Position numbers and translations under genes: made by a program
Assembly: GCA_963667035.1 (NCBI GenBank)
Contig: OY762964.1
Location: forward strand, 704,001 to 768,000
From: Candidatus Cloacimonadales bacterium
Lineage (GTDB): Bacteria; Cloacimonadota; Cloacimonadia; Cloacimonadales; JAFGVF01
Length of the DNA: 64,000 nt
Reading direction: 5' to 3'
Notes under the pieces: generated by a model
The model's input: only the letters and a program-made list of their open reading frames with translations
Databases searched by the model: none
What the model was told of the DNA's origin: nothing
Shown: piece after piece, positions 56,079-64,000 of the stretch
Position numbering within the stretch: position 1 is the first letter of the stretch
Layout of the letters: every line of letters starts with the position of its first letter

Positions 56079-59000
56079 ATGAAAAAAGGTCTGTTTAGCT
56101 TATTGATTCTATTAATTATCGGCATGTTATCAGCAGACTTCACTGAGAGCTTTGACAGCTGGTCTGACGGCTCATACAGTGGAATTTCAACTTATGACGG
56201 TGCCAGTGGACAGTGGGAAACTAACAATGCGATGTGTCATAATCAAAATGCTCGTTCCGGTAACGCAGTAAGATTTAATGACGATTCCAGTTCTATTGTG
56301 GAATACCTTTTGTACAAGGGACTTGATGGAAACGGTAAAGATGGTGGTTTGGGGACAATATCATTTTGGTATAGACACTGGGATGGAAACGTTTCTAGTG
56401 AACCGGTTGAATTTATCGTTGAATATCAAGTAGGAGGAACTTCAGGAGATTGGACAGCTATTGGTTCTTCTGTAAACGTTACCTCTACAGATTATACCGA
56501 ATACTCTGAAACTGTTGATTTATCGGGAGATGATATCTTCATCAGAATCAGTAATATTCAAGACAAGGAACGTCTTTTAATAGATGATATGACAGTAACT
56601 GATTATTCAAGTGGTAGCGGTAGTACTTTATCAGCAGCTTTCAGTGCTGACGTGACTTCCGGTTATGCACCTTTGACAGTTAATTTTACAGATGCAACAA
56701 CAGGTGGAACTCCTCCTTATACTTATGCTTGGGATTTCCAGAATGATTCTAATGATGACTCTTCAATTGAGAATCCTTCTTTTGTTTTTGACACTGAGGG
56801 TACTTATAGTGTTAAACTGACTGTTACTGATGCTGCATCAAGAACTTCCGATGTTGAATTAAAAACCGATTACATTACTGTTAGCACTAATCCTGATTAT
56901 TATGCAGGTATAACTGCAACTTCAGGAGCTGAACTTAAAAGTCAGTTACATGACTTGATAGACGGTCATACAACTTACAGTTACACAAGTCTTAACCCAT
57001 ATCTTATGGAAACGGATAAAGACCCGAATAATTCAAGTAACTGCATAGAAGTATACACAGGTGATTCAGAGTCGGCTGTTAGCTCAAAGGAGCATGTTTG
57101 GGCAAAGTCTCATGGTGAATTTGATACTATAGCTCCGGCAGGTTCGGATATGCATAACCTCAAGCCTAGTCAGGCTAATGTTAACTCTACAAGAAGTAAC
57201 AAGGACTTTGATGAGGGTGGTTCAGAAGTAGCTGATGCACCTAATAATTATACCGATTCGGATTCTTGGGAACCTAGAGATGAAGTTAAGGGTGATATCG
57301 CCAGAATCATTTTCTACATGGCAACTCGCTATGAGGGTGATGTTCCCGGAGCAATAGGTGAACCTGATCTTGAAATAGTAAATGAAGTTAATACTGAAGA
57401 TAATGATAATGGACTTACAGGATATGGCGAACATGGTAAACTTTCTACATTATTACTTTGGAATGCTCAAGATCCTGTAGATGCATTTGAAATGAATAGA
57501 AATGATGTAATTCAAAGTTATCAAGGTAATAGAAATCCCTTTATAGATCACCCTGAATGGGTTTCTGCTATTTGGCAGAATACTTTTAATGTGACTATCT
57601 ATGATATCCAATATGTTAGTAATCCTTCCATAGACGATGTATCTGCTTATGTGGATCAGGAAGTCAGCACTACAGGTTTGGTATCAGGAACTTTGACAGG
57701 CGGTTATTTCTTAACAACCGTTACAGGTGGAGCTTGGAACGGTATCTATGTTGATGATGCTGTAAATACTCCTAGCATTGGTGATGAAGTTTCTATTACA
57801 GGAACAGTTGAAGAGTATAACGGATTTACAAGAATTACTTCTGTTTCATCTTTCAGCACTGATAGTGTAAGCAATACTCTTCCGAGTCCTACGGTTGTTG
57901 CAACAAATGCTTTAGACGAACAATACGAAGGTGTTCTTGTTCAGGTTCAAAACGTTAATGTTACAAGTACTCCTGATACATATAATCAATGGGATGTAAC
58001 TGACGGAACAGGCAATTGTGAAGTAGATGATTTACTATATGCAACAACTCCTGACCCTCAGATTGGCGATGATTATTCCTCAATCACAGGATTAGTGAAC
58101 TATTCTTATGGTGTTTATGATATTAATCCAAGATCGGCTGATGACCTGGTTGAGCCGACAACACCCAATGTTAATCCTATTGCTAATGCAGGGACAGCAT
58201 ATTCTGCAACAGATTTAGATTTAGACGGTTGGGCAGATGTAACTCTCGATGCTTCCGCTTCATCGGATTCAGACGGTTCTATAGTTTCTTATGAATGGTC
58301 TTGGGATGATGGACAAGTGGGAGGAGAGGGTGCAACAGACCTTTTCTTCAGTGAATATGTTGAAGGCTCATCTAATAATAAATATCTTGAAATATTCAAC
58401 GGTACAGGTGCACCTGTAAATCTTGAAACTTATGAAGTGAGACTTTATTCTAATGGTGCAGACTCTGCAAGTAATACTCAAACTCTAAGCGGTACACTTG
58501 CTGATAACGATGTATATATAATTTCTCATGCAAGTGCGGCTTTAGGAGTTACAGCAAACATAACTTCAACAGTATGCTATTTTAATGGCGATGACACTGT
58601 AGCTCTTTATCATGATGGAGTACTGATTGATTGTATTGGTCAGATTGGTTTTGATCCGGGTTCATCATGGGGCTCATCTCCTACAACTACATCTAACTGT
58701 ACACTTGTTAGAAAGGTTACTGTTACTGATGGAGATACAGATGGCTCAGATTCTTTTGACCCGTCAGTAGAATGGGAAGGATATGATTCAGATACAGCAA
58801 CATACCTCGGTTCTCATACCTTTGGAGTAAAGGGTGCTAAAGTAGTGCAGACAGCTTCAGGTGTATCAGTTGTAAGAAGTTTCCCATTGGGTGTTACAAC
58901 CGTAACATTAACAGTAACAGATAATGACGGTGGTACCGATACGGATACAGCAACTGTGACAGTTTCCGAATCAACAACTAATCAGGCACCGACAATTACT

Positions 59001-60446
59001 AATATTGACCACTCTCCTAATAATCCTTATGATAGCCAGAATGTAGAAGTGACTGCCGATGTTACTGACATTGACGGAACTGTTTCGTCTGTTGAAATCA
59101 GATGGGGATTAGCATCAGGTTCTTTGACAAATACAGTTTCAATGAGCTTGGTTACAGGAGATACATATTCCGGAACAATCCCTGCACAAAGTGCTCAAAG
59201 TAAGGTGTATTATGCAATAGCTGCAACAGATGATGACAGTGACGTTACAGTATCTGGAGAGAGTTTGTATAATATTCGCTCTACTGCAAACGGACATCCT
59301 AGAGTTATATTCTCAGAAGTATGTGATCCTGCTGATTACAATGCCAGTTACATAGAATTGTACAATGCCGGTAATGCTGTTCAGAATCTGAGAGGTTGGT
59401 CTATAGTACAGTATAATTCCAATCAAACAACAGTATTGGATGATGTATCGAATACGGATATTGTTACCAATATGACAGGAGATTATCCTCTTTATCCGGG
59501 ACAATATGTAATTCTTATTAGAGGTACATTATCCGATTTATTAGCAACATATCCTGATTTTGACGGTTATTACTTCGAAGATGGAACAAGTAGTGCCGGA
59601 GCTCCTCAGATAAATGGAGGAGAGTACTTTGAATTATATGACACTCAATCTAAGGGTGTAACAGATAAGCTAGGTGATGCTTCTAATCCTATTAATGGTG
59701 ATACTGTTTATGAAAGATTAGATGCAAATTCGGAAGGATCCAGTGTTTCTTCCGATTGGGCAATTTCCGAAACATCTGGTACACCTTCTTCAGATAATAT
59801 TAATCTAATTGATAATGATATTAGTATTTTACCTGTTGTATTCAGTTATATGCTTGCAGAAATAGTGGAAGATAATGCTGTTGGTCTAACTTGGAAAACC
59901 GAGACTGAAAGTGAGATTTCTCATTTCGAAGTATATAGAGGAGTAACCGAGGAATTCGCAAACTCAACTGATTTACATTGCTCAATAGAAGCACAGAATA
60001 GTGTCAGTGGTAATCTCTATCACTTTGTAGATTCTGAAGTATACTTAGGTATAGGTTATTTCTACTGGATAGAAGCTGTGGATATCTCGGGTGAGTTGAA
60101 TCTGTATGGACCTGTATACGTAATGGTAGGTGAAGATAACCCCGGTGATACTCCTGAACCGGAAGTTATTATAACCGCTCTTAAGAATATTTATCCTAAT
60201 CCTTTTAATCCTTCAACAAGTATTGAGTATACACTTAAAGATGATGACTTTGTGAATATCTCTGTTTATGATGTAAGAGGACGAAGAGTTGCCACTCTTT
60301 ATAATAATTATCATTCTGCGGGGAAAGAAACTATTGTTTGGAATGGTACTGACGATAGAGGTAGGAGTTGTAGCTCGGGTGTATATTTCTTTAAAATGAG
60401 TACAAGTAACAAAACAATTTCTAAGAAAGCTATTCTAATGAAATAA
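56079..60446 (+). CDS. secreted endonuclease I family nuclease with PKD, OB-fold and lamin-tail domains and FlgD-Ig/T9SS-type CTD
   Basis: 'EHVWAKSHG...DMHNLKP....NSTRSN...WEPRDEVKGDIAR..FYMATRY...RNPFIDHPE'; PKD 'GYAPLTVNFTD'; LTD 'LFFSEYVEGSSNNKYLEIFNGTG'. Confidence 0.9.
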   Translation: MKKGLFSLLILLIIGMLSADFTESFDSWSDGSYSGISTYDGASGQWETNNAMCHNQNARSGNAVRFNDDSSSIVEYLLYKGLDGNGKDGGLGTISFWYRHWDGNVSSEPVEFIVEYQVGGTSGDWTAIGSSVNVTSTDYTEYSETVDLSGDDIFIRISNIQDKERLLIDDMTVTDYSSGSGSTLSAAFSADVTSGYAPLTVNFTDATTGGTPPYTYAWDFQNDSNDDSSIENPSFVFDTEGTYSVKLTVTDAASRTSDVELKTDYITVSTNPDYYAGITATSGAELKSQLHDLIDGHTTYSYTSLNPYLMETDKDPNNSSNCIEVYTGDSESAVSSKEHVWAKSHGEFDTIAPAGSDMHNLKPSQANVNSTRSNKDFDEGGSEVADAPNNYTDSDSWEPRDEVKGDIARIIFYMATRYEGDVPGAIGEPDLEIVNEVNTEDNDNGLTGYGEHGKLSTLLLWNAQDPVDAFEMNRNDVIQSYQGNRNPFIDHPEWVSAIWQNTFNVTIYDIQYVSNPSIDDVSAYVDQEVSTTGLVSGTLTGGYFLTTVTGGAWNGIYVDDAVNTPSIGDEVSITGTVEEYNGFTRITSVSSFSTDSVSNTLPSPTVVATNALDEQYEGVLVQVQNVNVTSTPDTYNQWDVTDGTGNCEVDDLLYATTPDPQIGDDYSSITGLVNYSYGVYDINPRSADDLVEPTTPNVNPIANAGTAYSATDLDLDGWADVTLDASASSDSDGSIVSYEWSWDDGQVGGEGATDLFFSEYVEGSSNNKYLEIFNGTGAPVNLETYEVRLYSNGADSASNTQTLSGTLADNDVYIISHASAALGVTANITSTVCYFNGDDTVALYHDGVLIDCIGQIGFDPGSSWGSSPTTTSNCTLVRKVTVTDGDTDGSDSFDPSVEWEGYDSDTATYLGSHTFGVKGAKVVQTASGVSVVRSFPLGVTTVTLTVTDNDGGTDTDTATVTVSESTTNQAPTITNIDHSPNNPYDSQNVEVTADVTDIDGTVSSVEIRWGLASGSLTNTVSMSLVTGDTYSGTIPAQSAQSKVYYAIAATDDDSDVTVSGESLYNIRSTANGHPRVIFSEVCDPADYNASYIELYNAGNAVQNLRGWSIVQYNSNQTTVLDDVSNTDIVTNMTGDYPLYPGQYVILIRGTLSDLLATYPDFDGYYFEDGTSSAGAPQINGGEYFELYDTQSKGVTDKLGDASNPINGDTVYERLDANSEGSSVSSDWAISETSGTPSSDNINLIDNDISILPVVFSYMLAEIVEDNAVGLTWKTETESEISHFEVYRGVTEEFANSTDLHCSIEAQNSVSGNLYHFVDSEVYLGIGYFYWIEAVDISGELNLYGPVYVMVGEDNPGDTPEPEVIITALKNIYPNPFNPSTSIEYTLKDDDFVNISVYDVRGRRVATLYNNYHSAGKETIVWNGTDDRGRSCSSGVYFFKMSTSNKTISKKAILMK

Positions 60447-60467
60447 ATATAATTGAATAATAGTTAA

Positions 60468-60497
60468 GCCTGCTGAGAAATCAGCAGGCCTTTTTTT
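60468..60497 (+). terminator. intrinsic terminator
   Basis: GCCTGCTGA-gaaa-TCAGCAGGC-CTTTTTTT. Confidence 0.88.
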
Positions 60498-60739
60498 ATT
60501 CCATACAAATGATAGTATGAAACTATAACTAATCTCATAATGCGGCATAAAGTCTTATTAATGTGTCACTTCCTGCCGGAAAAAATATAACCGTTTGAAA
60601 ATATTGTGAATTGTGAAAAGGAAATAACTAAAAATATTAAACTTAAAGAAACAAATAAAAATATTCAAAAAGTACTTGACGTCTATGTCTTGATTAATTT
60701 ATATAGTATTTGTTCTCTCGAACAACTGGAGGTAATGAA

Positions 60740-61798
60740 ATGAAAAGAGTATTGTTATGTATTGTTTTGTTTGTATTTGTCAGCTTCACAGGTTTGATGG
60801 CATACACATGGTATGATGTTGAGCCTAATAACATTTATGAGAACGCAGATGAAATCGTTGAAGAGGGAAACTACAATGTAGCCTATTGGGAAGGAGAAAT
60901 CAACTATGAAGGCGATATTGATTGGTTTTCTTTTCCTCTTTTAGATGGAGACCTTTGCAGAATAACATTCATGTCTTATGATTCTATGGCTTTAGGTTGC
61001 AATTTCTATTCTGATTTGCCACCATCAGAAGTTGAAGGTACAGCGGCTCCACTAACTCCATTTGAATCAGTTGCTGTTTCAGCAGGTGATGGAAACTACT
61101 ATGCAGAAGTATATGGAACAGCTGCATCTTATCCGGCTACCTATCTCTTGAAGATAGAAAATTTAACAAATGATACTTTCCTTCCTGTAACATTGTCCAC
61201 ATTCACCGCTATCTACAATAATGATGGAGTCGGTATTACATGGACAACTCAAACAGAAACAAATCTGGCAGGCTATAATCTTATTAGAAGCGAAACAACT
61301 AATATGACTGAAGGTATCAATGTTAATGGAGCTAAAATTATTGCTCACAATACTTCTACAGTCAAGACTTACAACTTCAAAGATGATGAAATTGAAGGTG
61401 CCGGTGCATATTATTACTGGCTTGAAGTCGTAGAAATTGATGGAGGAATTGATTATCATGGACCTGTTCAGGTAGATATAGTTGAGGATGAAGAAGGAGA
61501 AGAAACTCCTGATGTTGTATATAGTACAGGTATTATCAGTAGTTATCCTAATCCATTCTCCAGCAATATTGATATCCAGGTTGAAATGGGAAAATCTGCA
61601 AATACTGAGATCTCAGTTTATAACATTAAAGGTGAAAAGATTAATGTTATTCAAACCGGAGAGCTGGGTGTAGGTACTCATACATTTAACTGGAATGGCA
61701 GAGATGTACATGGTAAGACAGTTTCAAATGGTATCTACTTCTTTAGATTAAACAGTCATGAAGGGACTTTTACTCATAAGGTAACTTATATTAAGTAA
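60740..61798 (+). CDS. secreted protein with PPC-like domain and FlgD-Ig/T9SS-type CTD
   Basis: ATG 60740 after GGAGG; 'EPNN....A', 'GEI...GDIDWF', 'LPVTLSTFTA', YPNPF...NGIYF. Confidence 0.75.
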   Translation: MKRVLLCIVLFVFVSFTGLMAYTWYDVEPNNIYENADEIVEEGNYNVAYWEGEINYEGDIDWFSFPLLDGDLCRITFMSYDSMALGCNFYSDLPPSEVEGTAAPLTPFESVAVSAGDGNYYAEVYGTAASYPATYLLKIENLTNDTFLPVTLSTFTAIYNNDGVGITWTTQTETNLAGYNLIRSETTNMTEGINVNGAKIIAHNTSTVKTYNFKDDEIEGAGAYYYWLEVVEIDGGIDYHGPVQVDIVEDEEGEETPDVVYSTGIISSYPNPFSSNIDIQVEMGKSANTEISVYNIKGEKINVIQTGELGVGTHTFNWNGRDVHGKTVSNGIYFFRLNSHEGTFTHKVTYIK

Positions 61799-61845
61799 GA
61801 TAAACAAGAAAGAGAGAATGAAAGGGATGCTGACAGCATCCCTTT

Positions 61846-63508
61846 CAGACTGTTGACAAAGCTATGAGTAAGATTTCATGGCTTTGTCTTTTTTTAGCTT
61901 AAAATAAGAATATCAATCATTGACAAAAACCCCCTTAGATTATACTTAAACCATCATAATTAGAGGTGGTTATGCTTAAAAAAGTTTCTGACACACAGTC
62001 CCAAATGGAGTTTGTAATAATAGATGATTTAGTACCGGTAGATCACATACTAAGGAAAATCGATAGCGTAATTGATTTTTCATTCATTTTAGATAGAACA
62101 GCGCATTTGTATTGTTCTACTACCGGTCGTCCTCCAATTCATCCTATTACTCTTTTCAAAATGCTTTTTATTGGCTATCTATTCGGTATTCGCTCGGAAA
62201 GACAATTGGTCAAAGAGATAGAGGTCAATGTGGCTTATCGTTGGTTCTTAGGCTTTGGACTAACTGATAAAGTACCTCATCACTCAGTCTTCAGTCAAAA
62301 TCGTAGAAGGCGATTTAATGATAGCAGCGTATTCGAAGAGATTTTTATAGATATAGTGAAGTTAGGCATTAAACATGGATTAGTTGATGGAAAGATACTT
62401 TATAGCGACTCAACCCATCTAAAGGCAAATGCTAATAAAGGTAAATTCGAGGATATTGAAGTTGAGGTATCCTCCAAGAGTTACTTGGAAGATCTTAACA
62501 CAAGCGTTGATGAAGATCGGAAGGCTCATGGTAAGAAACCTTTACCTCCTAAGGATAACAATCTTAAAGGAGGAGCATCACCTAAAGTAAAAAATATCAA
62601 GTCTAGCACAACAGATCCCGATAGTGGCTTTATGACCCGTGATAGAAAGCCTCAAGGCTTCTTCTACTTAGATCATAGGACAGTCGACCATAAAACGAAC
62701 TATATAACCGATGTTCACATTACTCCCGGCAATGTAAATGATAGCACCTGCTATATTGACAGGTTACAGTTCCAACAAAAGGTTTATGGTTTTAATGTTC
62801 AGGCAGTAGGGCTTGATTCAGGATATGATACAATTAACATTTGTAAGCAACTGGTAGATATGAATATTATGGGAGTCCTTGGCTACAAAAGACAGGGAGG
62901 TAAGAAAGGTCTATTTAAAAAGAACAAATTTACATATAATTCCCGGAAGGATGTTTACATATGTCCATGTAATAAAGAGTTAAATTATAGAACAACGAGC
63001 CGTGATGGCTATAAAGAATACAAGTCGAATCCTAGTGAATGCAAGAATTGTCCAATGCTAAGTAAATGTACAGAAAGTAAGTCTTCTCAAAAAGTAATCA
63101 CTCGTCATGTCTGGGAAGAGAGCAAAGAGATAATCCACAAGAATAGGTTAACATTATGTGGGAAAGAGATATACAAGAGGAGAAAAGAAACCATTGAGAG
63201 AAGCTTTGCCAATGCAAAGCAACTTCATGGCTACCGATATGCAAAATATCGAGGAATAGAGCGAGTTCGAGAACAAGCTTATCTAACAGCTATTGTGCAA
63301 AATATCAAGAAACTCGTAAAATACCTTTTCAAAGGTAAATTAGGGAAATTAATAGCAAAATTTATCATCAATTACATGATTTTCAACTCCAATTTACACG
63401 AAAATAGAGCTAAATCTCGCATGTTTAGGTTTGGGCTCAGTTAAAATGAAGAAAAATGACTTTCAACAATATATCCATGTAAATTAGAATGTTTTTGTCA
63501 ACAATCTG
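61846..63508 (+). mobile_element. IS1182-family insertion sequence, copy 2 (1663 bp)
   Basis: Same TIRs as copy 1; flanked by the 25-bp direct repeat AAAGGGATGCTGACAGCATCCCTTT (61821-61845, 63509-63533). Confidence 0.93.
61966..63444 (+). CDS. IS1182 family DDE transposase (protein identical to copy 1)
   Basis: Identical 492-aa translation. Confidence 0.95.
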   Translation: MVMLKKVSDTQSQMEFVIIDDLVPVDHILRKIDSVIDFSFILDRTAHLYCSTTGRPPIHPITLFKMLFIGYLFGIRSERQLVKEIEVNVAYRWFLGFGLTDKVPHHSVFSQNRRRRFNDSSVFEEIFIDIVKLGIKHGLVDGKILYSDSTHLKANANKGKFEDIEVEVSSKSYLEDLNTSVDEDRKAHGKKPLPPKDNNLKGGASPKVKNIKSSTTDPDSGFMTRDRKPQGFFYLDHRTVDHKTNYITDVHITPGNVNDSTCYIDRLQFQQKVYGFNVQAVGLDSGYDTINICKQLVDMNIMGVLGYKRQGGKKGLFKKNKFTYNSRKDVYICPCNKELNYRTTSRDGYKEYKSNPSECKNCPMLSKCTESKSSQKVITRHVWEESKEIIHKNRLTLCGKEIYKRRKETIERSFANAKQLHGYRYAKYRGIERVREQAYLTAIVQNIKKLVKYLFKGKLGKLIAKFIINYMIFNSNLHENRAKSRMFRFGLS

Positions 63509-63736
63509 AAAGGGATGCTGACAGCATCCCTTTTCTCATGCTTATCTATTAACCGGAATGGGATAAAGCATGACACAGTAAATATTAACGAAATACAAAT
63601 ATGCCTAATTGAAAACATTAACAAAATCAATAATACTAAAAGGTAAAACAAGTTATAAAGTTAAAAAAGTACTTGACCGGTATAGTTATCCCGGGATAAA
63701 TTGAACCAGTTCTCTCGAACATCTGGAGGTAATTAT

Positions 63737-64000
63737 ATGAAAAAAGTATTACTATGTGTTGTGTTGTTCATTTTCGTCAGTATTACAGGATTAGTAGCAC
63801 TGACATGGTATGATGTTGAACCTAATAATACAATGGGTACAGCTCAGCAGAATATTGATCCGGGTACCAATGCTATTGCATATTGGGACGGTGCAATCAA
63901 TTATGAAGGTGATGTAGATTGGTTTGCATTTCCTTTGAATGGTGGTGATGTTTGTAGGATATCCTTCATCTCTCATGATTCTCAGAATACTTCATGTGAA
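63737..64000 (+). CDS. partial secreted protein, paralog of 60740-61798 (runs off the window; absent from the ORF track)
   Basis: MKKVLLCVVLFIFVSITGLVALTWYDVEPNN...AYWDGAINYEGDVDWFAFPL.GGDVCRISF; shares upstream sequence with 60660-60740. Confidence 0.85.
   Translation, partial: MKKVLLCVVLFIFVSITGLVALTWYDVEPNNTMGTAQQNIDPGTNAIAYWDGAINYEGDVDWFAFPLNGGDVCRISFISHDSQNTSCE

Noticed and set aside
278..63976. Numerous 60-120-aa ORFs antisense to or nested in long genes (e.g. 3917-4237, 17481-17837, 61163-61459, 63791-63976)
   Set aside because: Shadow ORFs of well-supported genes, with no independent motifs.

Overview
AT-rich bacterial chromosome segment, most likely from a Cloacimonadota-like or other FCB-group anaerobe. 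This is inferred from eight secreted proteins (plus one partial paralog) sharing a C-terminal 'YPNPFNP..I.Y...YN.KG..V..L...WNG.D..G..V.SG.YF......K..L.K' FlgD-Ig/T9SS-type sorting domain. Housekeeping genes: ettA, trxA, an LpxL-type acyltransferase, smpB and two identical tRNA-Asp. A decayed defence islet follows the tRNAs (hsdR remnant, intact Hna-like helicase-nuclease, four-helix-bundle remnant). The window also has a TetR/TonB-receptor pair, a polysaccharide-modification cluster, two 1663-bp IS1182 copies, IS3 and IS21 remnants, and a 5-repeat CRISPR array with no cas genes in view. Main observations: (1) The ORF track truncates a probable secreted selenoprotein: an Omp28/thioredoxin-like UxxC motif with an in-frame TGA at 25584-25586 and a SECIS-like hairpin, fused to adhesin and sorting domains. 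(2) Four intergenic dyad-symmetric elements built from 11-bp phased units share geometry but not sequence; three span about 150 bp, and one contains an inverted pair of perfect DnaA boxes. (3) A 3581-aa FN3-repeat surface protein has a catalytically dead C10 peptidase head. (4) The IS1182 copies each duplicate a whole terminator hairpin and differ mainly in one promoter-spacer patch. All family assignments come from motif recognition only; no database searches were run.
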